Source: Camelus ferus
Lineage: Eukaryota
Length of the DNA: 64,000 nucleotides
Reading direction: 5' to 3'
Assembly (NCBI RefSeq): GCF_009834535.1
Contig: NC_045707.1
Location: 45,572,001-45,636,000, forward strand
Both the position numbers and the translations under genes were made by a program. The notes below the pieces were generated by a model. It searched no databases. It was not told the origin of the DNA and saw nothing but the letters and a program-made list of their open reading frames with translations. Of this stretch, positions 25,325 to 37,345 are shown one piece after another (position 1 is the stretch's first letter; each line of letters begins with the position of its first letter).

Positions 25325-27839
25325 GTTATGCTACAAACTCTTCCAATACTACCATTTAATTATTAACCCAATTAACAATAATCTCCAGATAATTTATCTC
25401 CAGCTCCCCCTTTCTACCTAGCACCTCTTACTAGCTTACATCTTTAGATCCAAAACAATTTGAGGATGCCCTTTTCAGTACCCTCCACCTATGCCTTACT
25501 CAGCTTGCCTTTGCTTTGTCTTCTTCCTATTTCACCTCCTCATTTATTCAGATCATTTTACTCCTTAAAAGACCCAGAGTACCTGCCACCTTTTCTTTAA
25601 AGCCATTTATGATCTTTCTCTGAAATCTGTCTGCTAGTCACTTTGACCACATGCAACTTATATACTGATTAAAATTTTTCACTACTGATGGTCTTCACTG
25701 GATTTAATTCATTAAGTTTTTTTTTTAACTTATAATCATTGTAGAAATTTTAGAAAAATAAAAATCACTTGTAACCTCACCACCATTAAAATGTTGATCT
25801 ATTCCTTTCAAATGTTTAATGTGAATAATTTACACATATTTAAAAATATAATACATATATCTTTGCATCCTGCTTTTAGTTTTTACTTTTATACAGTTAT
25901 TTTAGAGGCTCCTGGAATCCAAGCAGTTCTACTTAGAATCTTAAGAACTCTTAAACTCAGCTGCTACTCCCCATATCCTCTCATTCTTCATGGCTGCTCC
26001 TCCCTTGTGGCTCTTGCTGTCTGGTATCCACTGCTTAACTACTGCCTTGAAACCATTATTCAATCCACCTCAACCCCTCTCTGTCCTGGCACAGTGTTTG
26101 GACAGAGCTTTAACAAACTTCCTATGGATCTATTGCCCTTGGGTCTGGTGCTCATCCCAGTCCAACAAACTGTTGCACAGAGGGAGAAGGGGTCATGTAG
26201 TACCATGAGATAATTTAAGAGGAAGGAAACTCTCAGAGGAATCAGAATGGCAGGCACAGTTGGCTTGACCTTTATTCCTTCATTTCTTACATTTTGAAAA
26301 TAAGATCTTTTCGCTGACTATTCTGTCCTGTGAATGTACCAGATGTACCTAACCATTCCAATAGTGCTGAACGGTTAGTGTGTTTCTGATTTTCACTATT
26401 CTAAATAACACTGAGATGAACAGCCTTCTAAGTTGCCCAAGTCTCAGGTAAAAACTCCTTGTATTTCCAAAAGTAGAATTACTAGATCGGAGGTGGCACT
26501 CTTGATAGCGTTTGCCAAAGGACCTTCCAGAAGGGTTTTATGGTATTAAAACATGAGCAAGGATTTTGACCTTTGTTATATTTTGCTTTCTAGGAACCAC
26601 AGGAAAATCTATACCGTATGCCAGATATACTTAATTGGAAGAAATATTTTCTCTTAAGAGATGCTCTCAAGTAGTAAATTCAGTGCATCTTAGAAATTAA
26701 GGTGTTAGGGAAGATTACAAGGCAGCAGTCTGTGTTTTGAGTAGGAGGAATGCACGGGACAGAATTGAACTGGAAATAATTATTATGCACTTAAGTACAT
26801 AGAAAAAAAGAATGAAAGGCATATTAAACTATACAAATTCATTCCTTATCTTTAACCTTTATGTACATAATTACATTTTAAGCAGTTGAACCTTCATGTA
26901 CATATTTGATATTTTTTTCAAGTATTAATTGATAAGACTATTGACATTTTGTTATCTGTATAAGAATTCCCAAGGCCAATATGCCAAACGTTAATTAGCC
27001 ATTTCCCTTTGGTTAGAAATTTTTTTCCCTTCAAATTTTTGTTGTTTGGATAATATGCTATGAATACCTTTGTGCGCTCATTTTTGTTTTCAGGTCGTAT
27101 CACTGAAAGATATTTCCCCAAGTGGTACTGTTGATTAAAAATGTGAACAATTTTATCAAGATATTGTGCTCCATTGACACATTAACATTGCACGTTTTGT
27201 CTCCCTGGGTCTTCAAGCTCCCCTTAGGAGATAGTGGCTATTCCTTTTCAATATACCCCATGGGGTAGCGGAGTAGAACTGGCTCAGAGCTGAGAACAAA
27301 GTAAAAGTTCAACAAATTTTAACGAATCAATCTTCCCGTACCTGTAGGCTTAACTTCCCTCTTTTCCAGATTTTTCTCCCTCTGTCTCTTCCTTTCGTTT
27401 CTTTTCGGAATCTACTTCATTACCTTAAATTGGCAATTTCAGGTAAGGTAATTGCGGACATAGGTGCCTTTTCCTGTTCCTTAAATCTTATTTCTCAGGG
27501 ACTTTCCCATTGTGGAAACTTATTCACCCGGCTGCCGTCCGAAGAAGCCAAATTCAAAGCAGTCACCGCCACTGGAGCTCACAACCGGATGCCTCCTCAG
27601 GAAGGAAACGTTATCTTGAAAAATTTCTACGTCAGTCAATTGGGCAGATCTGGAAGAAAACGAGATTGGCGGGCTCTTCTGTCAACCAATTTGACACTGA
27701 GTGAGTGGCAGAAATTCAATAACGGAGTAAGGAAGCCCTGGGAATAATTTGCGCCTCACAAACTCGGAGCAAACACTGAAGCCCCCTTCCCAGGGCCAGA
27801 TGGCTACGACAGGTGCGAAGGCCACCTGAGTAGGAGCTT

Positions 27840-28900
27840 CTACTGTCCACGCAGAGGCACCAGCCGCTCTAGGAGACGCCATCCTTGGACGCTGAGTCGG
27901 AGCCCGGCCGCGGGTTTCCCCCTCAGTCTCGTCACCACAAGTCCCCAGTAGCCGTGCAGAGCGGTGCCGCCCCCTCCCGGCACCCTGAAGGCGGGGGGCG
28001 GGGTCTGCCGCAGCGTCATTGCTGACGTAGCGGCCCCACCGGGCCGCCGCCGCTGCCGCCGCCGAACCGGGGGACTGGGGTGAGGGGGACTGTGGGGGCT
28101 CCGGAGACGAGCGCTAAGATGGCCGCTCTGACTTGGGCGGGTGAGTGTGTGTGAGGGGTGCGCGCGGCTGTGGCGGTTGACGGAGCGAGGCTCCCTGTGG
28201 GAGCGGAGGTCCGACGGGAGCCCCCGGGGCCGGGAGGCACCTGGCAGGGTTTTCCCGCCGCGCAGGGCGCAGGGGGTCCTGAGGGAAGAAGAGGGGTCTG
28301 CGGACGGACTAAGGGGAGCGAGCTGACGGGCGCGTGGAGGAGGAGGTGGCAGCGGCGGCGGGTCCGGCGAATTTAGAATTAGCGCCTCTGGAAAGTTACG
28401 GTGGGTCGAGCGATGCACTGGCCGGCGTCCTGGGGGCGGGCCACCTCTTGAGTGCCTGGAGATGCTGCGAGGAGCTGCGTCCCCTGTGGCCAGGGGCACC
28501 GCGTAGTCGCCCAGTGATGGGCTGGTGGGGAAGGAGTTGGGAGGAGAAGGGGCGAAATTGAGGAATTTGAGGGGATGCAGAGGGGCTTAGTGCCCTAACC
28601 CGCGTTCCGGAGCGTGGAGATGTAATTGCGAATCTGATCGCGTATCTGGTGCGGGCTAGGGCGCTCTGCGGCTGGCACTGTTGTAAAACCGCATCCTACC
28701 CCCAGCTCTGACTGCGGCCAAGTGATGCTGAAAGCGCCGCTGGGATGCTTAGGAAGGGCGGTTCTAGTTCTCCGTTTAGAAGGAATGTCTTGCCTTCCCT
28801 TCATCGATCGGGTCCCAGCACTGCCAGCACCTGCTGCCACTTAGAGACACTTGGGGTTTTTGAATACCAGCTTCCTAAAACATTCCCGCTGGCCTTCGGA
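27840..28900. promoter_or_regulatory. USP44: CpG island promoter of USP44
   Basis: Abrupt GC/CpG-rich block in AT-rich surroundings. GC box GGGGCGGGG (~27995-28003), CRE half-sites at 28014-28027, YY1-like AAGATGGCCG at 28116-28125. Lies about 11 kb upstream of the first coding exon. Confidence 0.9.
28030..28140 (+). other. USP44: USP44 first (5'UTR) exon; TSS approximate
   Basis: Consensus donor CGG|GTGAGT at 28140/28141 inside the CpG island, just downstream of the promoter motifs. The start cannot be fixed from sequence alone. Confidence 0.7.
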
Positions 28901-31900
28901 GAAGGAATGCTAATAGGCTAAACTTATTTGTGGGGCGTAAGAAGCGTGTCAGCATAGGGAGAAAAAAATGACTGCTCAAGGTTAAGAGATAGTAAAACTG
29001 GCCCTCCCCACATCCCCACCGGCAATAAAAAAGAAAGTGAAACTTGGTAATTGTTTCAACTTCAAGTTTGAGCCGTTGTAAATTCTACAGGTAACTGGAT
29101 AATTTCTTGCAGTTTTAATTTTGGAAGTAAAAAAAGCAGCTTAGCAAATCTTGAGAGCTGCTTTATCCTCAAGCCCCCACCCCCCACTCCCCATTTTTAA
29201 GCCTTAATTGTCATATTTTGCAGGTAATGGGGTTGTGAAATTAGCATGGAAATAAGACTTTCAGGCCCTGCACTTGAATTCCTTATTATCTGTTAAGTAG
29301 ATGCTTGTGGGGTAAAAGTAGGAAGGTGGTAACTTTGAGCCTGGAATTCAGTTTTGAGTTGTCTTTAAAACCAGCATTTGGTGTAAACAAGGAAAAAGAA
29401 TTGGCTGTTCACTGTGGTCAAATTCGGAACGCCAAACATTAGTTAAGCACATGTTTATAGAATATTTCATAATTACAGTGAGATTCAGTTGTCTTGAAAG
29501 AAATGAAAACTTTGTATATATTGGAACCCTTATCTTTTTATCCTTAATTTAGCATCTCAGGCCTTTTGAAAGAGAATTAAAACATTTTGGTTCATTTAGC
29601 CTCTCCCCCACACTGCAGTTTCTCTAGCTTTTTGTGTACTAGCCATTAATTTTGCAATGGATAGCAGATTTTTCAATCCAGTATTTATCATTGTTGACTA
29701 TATTGAAATTTAGAGACATTCTGATAATGAACAAATAGTTCAAGGTATACATTGTAGAAAGTTGAAATGTCCTGGCTCTTTTGATTGTACATCAGTCTTA
29801 TCTGTCTTCTAAAATATTAATTGTCCCAGATTTTTTTCAGCTTAAAAAATTTAAGTGACCGGTGAATCTGCATTTAATATAATATAAAATGGTATACTTC
29901 TTTTGAATATTTAAAATGGAAGATTTGGGTTAAATGTTTGAAGTATATTAATTATACTCAACTGTCTTTACCCCCTCCCTTTTTTCTCACATTTATTTTT
30001 TTCACTACAAAAAGAAAGGAATAAGGTACCGTATATACTCTCTACCATGTTTTTCCTCTACACACTTGAATCTTATTGAGTATTATAGCATTGGTGGTAC
30101 ATGAGAGGATGTTCTGTCTTTTGGATTGAAGGCAGATTGTATTGTTTGAGGGCAGACTGTATTTTATTTGTATCTTTAGCACCTGACTTACTGCTTAACA
30201 TGGAGGAAAAAACTCCTGTAAATGTTTGTTGAATTGTGTTTTGAATGGTAGAGAAGTATGGAGAAAGACAACATATTGGCTTCTTAGTAGCAGAAAAAAA
30301 GTGTGTTTTGAAGTTTTTCTCCTTCCTGCAATGTTAGTCAGAATGTTAGTCATATTGCCAGATTCTAATGGAGTTGTCTGGTTGAGGGAGGTTAGAGACA
30401 GGCTGGAGTACAGGTTTAGGAGTCTAATCAAGATAGGAAATGTATGCTCATTCATTTTCTGGATTCAATAATGGTGACAAGTTTTGGCATTAAACCCAAC
30501 CCAAATAGGTGACAGGCAAGTAAAATATAGAAGGATTCTATAAAGACTGGCTTTCTGGCAAAGATTATTATAAGAGTACAACTAGTTTTTCACAGGACTT
30601 TGAGACATCATAAAAACTTTATTATAAAGAATTCATTTTTAATGGAGTTTTACATGCAATAGAAAAAAAGCTAATTTATTTATAGTCCAAGAATGTACTC
30701 GTTAGGCCAAGTCATAGATGTATTAGAATGATAGTCTAGGCATTTTACACAAAGTATTTGACCTCAATTTACTAGACCCATAGTGGAATGCTCAATATTT
30801 TTGTGAATGTTTCCCCCATTTTATGAAGTTAGCTGTAGTAGATTGGTGTAATGGTAAATATTTTGGAACAAAACTGCCTATGAGTGAAATTGTAAGTTGT
30901 GATGGGTGAGGAAATCAAATAAGCTGGCAGCAGAACTTGCTTTTCAGGAGGTTTTTGTTAGAACATCATCAACTAGATTCAGTGTCTGTGCTTCAGGAGA
31001 GGCATGCTGGAGACTTGAAGGCCCAGGGAAAAAGAGTATCCTTTATTGTTTAATGAGGAGTTTCAAGCGAAATCAGGGTAATTATAGATTCTAGATCCTT
31101 AGAGGAAGAAAGAATAACCAGAGCCTTTCTAAGGATAAAGGAAAAGAACCACATCATGATTGACAAGGAGAGGTGCCAAAGCACATAATAGGCATAATAG
31201 CATACCTAAGAGGGAGCAGGGAGAGTTTGAGAGCCCATTGTGTTTATTCGTTCAATAATTTGTTCATTCAAAAATATTGAACCCCTTTCTATGTACCAGG
31301 CACATGCTTGACCCTTGGCATATTACAAACATCTCTTAAGAGGACAGGGTACTGTGGTGGTTCTATGAAATAAATGGAAAATTGAAAACTGCTTTTAAGG
31401 AGTGGGTAGAGTTTGCCCTAATTACGCGAATAAAGTTATTTTCATTCTTATCCAAATGCTTGTAAAGATTGTGGTGGTTAGTAATTCCTAAGGCCTACTT
31501 CCTATTGAAATTGCCATTTCCTCCTATCTTTTATTATGGAAAATAACAAATATTCCTACTTTTAATAGCTTTTAGAGGATCTGTTTAGGTTATTTGGTAC
31601 TGTTAAAAGAAAAATAAGTTTTATTACAAAGATAACCTTTGTTAAAAAATATTAAAGATTCAGCAAATGCCTACTCTTTAATATCCAGCCCTTTGGGAAG
31701 TCTCAGGAGAATTTTCTTTAATGAGATAAAGATGCTTAGTGTGACAGTTGTATATAAATTTTATTCTACTTTATGTCCAGTGGTATGTATGGTTTTTTTC
31801 CTTCAATACGAGTAGAATGTATATAAGTATTTATATAAAATGTGCACACCCATTTCCTATGAAGCAAAAGTTTATATCCCAGTTATGAAAAGCTTAACAA

Positions 31901-33129
31901 ATTGAACTTATTCACAATGTAGTCATTTGTATATAAAAACATTGTAACAAAAAATGTGTGGGAAAAGACTCATCACAGATGAGAGTAGAAAAGTACATAT
32001 TGTTCACAATTTCAAAGCTCTTATATGCCATGTTAAGGAGTTTAGATTTATCTTGTGGTCTTTCAAGACTTTTAGACAAATTATTTAATAGTTGTAAAAC
32101 TGTGCCATAAGACACTGGGAATTATATAAAATGTAAATGTTATATGATTATTTGACTAAGTTTGAGCTATGAAAGGGGATTTTCTTAATAGAACACGATG
32201 TTGTTGTTTCAGTGATTATTCACATTTTAAAATACTCTTTCTAGAAATGTATATTAACCATTTCCCACACTCTGTGTCACTTTTTAAAATAGTAATTTAG
32301 TTTGGCTGTTTGTGTGTGTGTTACTTTTCATGGTAACTTCCTGACTTTCATAAAAACATTTTTAAAGTGAAAAATCTGAAAATTGTGCTACTAATTGCAC
32401 TGATTAGAAAATCTAGATTACTTTCATATAACTAATCTTTGGTATCTAACCTCTTGTAGGAACTTTCAAAGCTTCTAAGTATATTGTACCTCTCCATGCT
32501 TTCTTTCTAAGTGTCTTCTAAAGAAACTGAAGTGGAAAGTGAGTGGTCAGCTAAAAAAGATCATGTTAAAGATAACTAAAATTTACAGTGGAATATTAAT
32601 TTTTGAGGTAAAAAATTAGCTACTCTTCTAATTTTTCAGTGATTCTTGTAGCTGTTAGTAATACTTATATTTGGAGCACAAATATTTATTTAAACGGTCA
32701 CTACTTGTCATATCAAAATTTAAAATAATTATGGCTGGGCAAGGATGTTTCAGTTTGCTTTTGTATCAGATCTGTTTTGGGTATCTGAAAGCATGTAGCA
32801 TGGAATAAGACAGATGGTAGGCTTTTGGTTAAGGATAGGGAAGGTAGGGTAATTACAGTATCACAAAATAACAGGAAACTGCCTTAGCTGGGCAAAGATG
32901 GGCACATGATTAAGAGGAGAAGGCAGTTTTGGTTACTAGTGATCAAGGACTTTATATTTTTAACCACTGATGTAAATGTCATAAAGAAAACTGAAGTAAG
33001 ACTTGCAATTAATACTAGTTGATTGATTGTGCCAAGAATTTGTTAGCCTGAAACAATATGGCTATTAAACCTATAGGATCTTCATAAAATCCTTACTTTT
33101 TTTATATTAAGAAGATAAAAAGATGCAAG

Positions 33130-34320
33130 AGAGTCCTTCCTTTACCATAGGGAACCTACCCAGCAGATAAGAGTGGCAGAGTAAGGATGTGTATACAAAT
33201 AAACACAAAGATTTACATTTGGCATAATCCAAGCCTTTTAGGAAGTTAGAGAAGAACATTTTCTTAAACTAGAAATACTTTAGGAGTTGGGCCTTGAAGG
33301 ATGGATAAATTTTTAAAAGATGGAGGTGAGGGAATGATGAAGATGAGTTCAGAAAATTAGCTGGAGTGGATTCTTTTTGTCTGGAGTACACATGGCAAAG
33401 GAGTAATAAGATAAATCAAAGAAGATAGGTTGGAATCTGGAGAATTTTGAAAGCAAGAGTCGCAAATTATAATATGTTTTATTGTTGCATTTGAAAAATT
33501 GCCATTTAGTGAGTTATGACCACCATTTTTTTAAAAAATGAAGTAGAATAGGAAATATCAGAACACATTATTTTTATAAGGATTCTTTGTGAAGCTGTTG
33601 TTCCAGGTACATGTGTTACATACATACATACATTTACTGGAACCCAATGTAAAGTTTCTGAGTCTTAGTCAAAGTTAGAAATCCACTGCTTTATTTGACT
33701 ATGAGGAACAGAGGATTTTGAGTTAAAAGCTCAAAGCAAACTTGAAGATTAATTTGGCAGGATAGTACTGTGAAGGAGAGCGAGAGTCTGGATGATGGGA
33801 GACCAGTTTGGAGTCTACTGCTGTGCTTCAAGAATGATTTGTTGGGGGGAGGGTATATAGCTCAGTGGCAGAGTGCATGCAGGAGGTCCTGGGTTCAATC
33901 CCCAGTACCTTCATTAAAAGATAAGTAAATAAATAACCCTAACTACCGCCCCGCCCCCCCCCGCCAGAAAAACCCCAAAACAATATAAGGAGAATACTAG
34001 TTTGGAAATGGGAAGGAAAAAGACTTGTGGAATGATAACCCTATATATGTGACAAATTGAATGTTGGCATGGAAAAATTGGGAGGGAGATGTCAAAAAAA
34101 GAAAAAAACAACTTAAGATTTCTAGCCTGGGTACTTGAATGATAATACAGTATCTTTAATAAGAGAATATTGGAAAAGCTAGTTCTCTGAAGGCAAGACT
34201 TATATGTAAGCTGAGTTTTTAGTGTGCCTGAGACTGGTTCAAAAAGGCTGAGACCAAAAGATAGTCTTGGTAGACAGCTATCTAGATCTGATCAGTGAAT
34301 CTCTGCTAGTAGGTTGAGTT
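33130..34320 (-). mobile_element. Degenerate LINE-2 interrupted by younger insertions
   Basis: GAGTTGGGCCTTGAAGGATGGATA, GGGAGACCAGTTTGGAGTCTACTGC, AGATTTCTAGCCTGGG. Includes a possible hAT remnant at ~33455-33690 and the SINE at 33844. Confidence 0.6.
33844..33985 (+). mobile_element. tRNA-Ala-derived SINE (Vic-1-like) with internal deletion
   Basis: GGGGAGGGTATATAGCTCAGTGGCAGAGTGCATGCAGGAGGTCCTGGGTTCAATCCCCAGTACC plus the family tail. Confidence 0.88.
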
Positions 34321-37119
34321 CATTACAAGAAGTTTGAAGAGCTGTTAAAATAGATCAGAGAGGTATTGCTATATGCTTAAAGCCTGGTTGTATGTTATAA
34401 AGGGCTATAATTTGAGTAAATGAAAATTAATTTCAGAAAGTCCTCACTATACTTCAGAAAGTGTAAGCAATTTTATGCTGTTGAACTGTAACAAGTTAAA
34501 TATTTACTTATAATCTTACTTGATGTTTGTGTGTGACATAAACCTTGGACTAAAAATACCACATCTAATAAGATCTTATGTTTTATTTCTCTTCTAGTCA
34601 TTTTAGCTTTCTATTTTATAATTGCTTTAATGATACAATCTGTGTAAAATAATTAGCTTTCAGTAATTCAAATACAATTTTTTTTAAACTTTAGAGATTT
34701 GCTGAAGGGAATTTTAAAAATGAAAATGCTTGCTCAGTTATATGGCATTAAAAGTTTGAATAGCTTGAATGATTTTCTTTGAACAAATTAAAATTTTTAT
34801 TGTCTTTAAGCAGTGAAAAGAAGCTTTCATAATATTTATAAATCCATCTGTCTTTAAAATAAATAAAGCATACTTGGTTTTAAAAAAGTAATTTCATAGC
34901 TGTTAGTTGGAATTTCAAGTGTGAAACTTTTTAAAATGAATACAGATAATTTTAATCTTTATATATAGATTTCATTCAAAACATCTTGACTATTTATATG
35001 TTGCTTTTATGTATAGGTACAGGTAATATTTTATCAGAATCTACATGGAATATGCAAAAATGTTTTGTTAACTCCCTACAAAATGAATATACTGCCAAAA
35101 ATCACTTACCCTACTGCTGAAGCCAGAGTTAACACTTAGCTTCTCAGCAGTGGATTAGCAAATGAAAAGAAGTGCTCTGAACCCAGTAGAGGAAAATAGG
35201 AAGTGTCAGGAAAATACTCCCATCCCCCTTTCTTCCCTCCGAGCTTTTAGATCTTTGTGTGGTGAGGCCCCTTTGGGAATACCCTAGTAACTGTCTCTGA
35301 GCTGTGGCTTCAGGCAGCGGAGCAAACTGGAGATCTCTGGTGGCAGCAGCCTGGCTCTCTCTAACTCCTGCTTTTTTCCCTGCCCTTTCCTTGGTCATCC
35401 ACCCCCTACTGCTTTCTTTCATAAATACACTGGGTAAGTGGGCCCCCTACTCTAAAATATTTATCTCATGATCTGTCATTCCACCATTCTGGTTTCACTT
35501 CTTTGGATTTTTAAGACGATTTTATCTGAAAGATCCCTTTTTAAAATGCAAATACCCCTGGGAGAGGTCAGACCTTAGTCCTCTGCTAACATCTTAATTA
35601 TCAGTTAGCATCTAAGTTCATCTTAGTACACATCTGGCTGAGAAGAACCCCTAGCTAAAAGTGATAAAAACTAGAGGAAAACTAGTATTTTTAAGAGGAG
35701 GAGCAGTAGTAAGTAGTAGTAATATTGTTGTTATTATTGGCAGCTAAGATGTACTGAGGGCTGTATTATTAAGAAACAGGAATTGTAAATGCTTTACAAA
35801 TATAAATTTCCCTAATTCCCTCATCAACCCTACTGATGTTGTTACTGCTGTTATTTTACAGATAAACTGAGGTATGTGGGACATAATTATCTCGGTCACA
35901 TAGTAAACATAGCTGAGTGTTAGACCCAGGCATCTGGATCCCAGAAGGCTCTCTGTTTTGCTGTGATACCTCTTCCCTGCTTTATTGCCTCTCAGAGAGT
36001 TGGCATCTGATCAACATTTCACACTTCACAATTTCGCATCAAATGGAATCATGGTGTTAGATTACAGGGCACTTCCTGTTGAAAGTCAGGGACCTTGCCA
36101 TCATCTAAATAGATTTTTTTAGAAACAACTGTAATAAAATAGGCAAACTCCTTATAACTAAGGGAATGCATTTACAGGATATAGAGGAGGAGGAAGTAAA
36201 GAGACTACTGTATAATGTATCAAATACATAGTATTTTCTTTCCTACTTAAAACTTATGTAAGTAACACATTCATTATTTTTGGAAATTTTAAAATATGGA
36301 TTAATAAAATAATTTGCAGTCCCTGCTACCCAGTGATAACTTGAAAATGAATGGATGAATATACATATGTGTGTGTGTATTCTTTCTAGGTTTTTTTTTC
36401 CTTTGGGGCATTATTTTTTGAATGTTCTGCAAGGTGTCAACTCATACCACTTCTTTAATATTTTAGAGTGCAATAATTTTCCTTACATGTAAATAGCATT
36501 TCCCACTTCATCTCTACCAGAAGTTGAACTGGTAATTATTGTCTATGACTTGCCAGAAACAAAGGTTTAACTAAATTATCTGTGTTCTTCATATGATCCT
36601 TCTTAAATAAAAGTAGATAGAAGAGAGCCCTAGATTCTTAATCTCTGTATTGAATCTGTTCTTTCATCCAATGTTTGGTCAGCACTAATCTACCTCTGCT
36701 GCCATCTTTGCTTCAGCACTGCTACAGCTTTAATTACCTTATAATATATGGAGCAGTAGAGTCTCCTTTAATCACTCATCCCTCCTCTAGATCTGCCATG
36801 CAGATCCCTCTGTAATCTACATAACTGATTGTGTCATTCTCCTTTATAGAATTCTTCAGTGGCTTTTTATTGTCCATAGATCCTGGAAGCAGACTTTGGG
36901 GATGATTGGGGCAGGGAATTCTTTAGGTTCCAGGTACCAGTGAATGGTTTTAAAAGGGGAGTTGGGGATGTTTGCTGGTTCCAGGGGCCACATCCCTTGA
37001 CTCTGCTGACTCCATATAATGAGATAGGGCCATGCAGGGGCCCCTAAATTGTCAGGTCTGGACCCTCATTGTCTGGGTCTAAAAGCAGAGTGTGCTGCTG
37101 CTGCATGGAGAGTAAACTT

Positions 37120-37345
37120 TTGGTGGCAGCAAGGATCCAAGCTGGGGGACCATTTAGGAGCCTAACTGCAGTAATCCAGGTAAGACTTGATTGTGGCTTG
37201 GTTCAGGGTGGTAGCAGTAGAGATAAGTAGTCAAATTCTAAATATATTTTGCAGGTAGAGCCAACCATTGGTGTAGGGAGTAAAAAGGAGAGGGGTCCAA
37301 GATGACTGCCTGCAAGATTATTAACCTCAGTACCTGGGAGGATTT
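37120..37345 (-). mobile_element. LINE-2 fragment
   Basis: TTAGGAGCCTAACTGCAGTAATCCAGGTAAGAC...GGCTTGGTTCAGGGTGGTAGCAGTAGAGAT, homologous to 20800-20880. Confidence 0.75.

Noticed and set aside
25791..26213. 140-aa hydrophobic ORF
   Set aside because: Begins in decayed L1-like sequence; no motif, splice or promoter support.
27840..28499. 219-aa minus-strand ORF and other ORFs in the CpG island
   Set aside because: Pro/Arg/Gly-rich low-complexity products expected from stop-poor GC-rich DNA; no recognisable domain.
35546..35553. Octamer ATGCAAAT in USP44 intron 1 as an OCT4 site
   Set aside because: A single 8-mer is expected by chance in 64 kb of AT-rich DNA, has no adjacent SOX motif and appears to lie in repeat-derived sequence.
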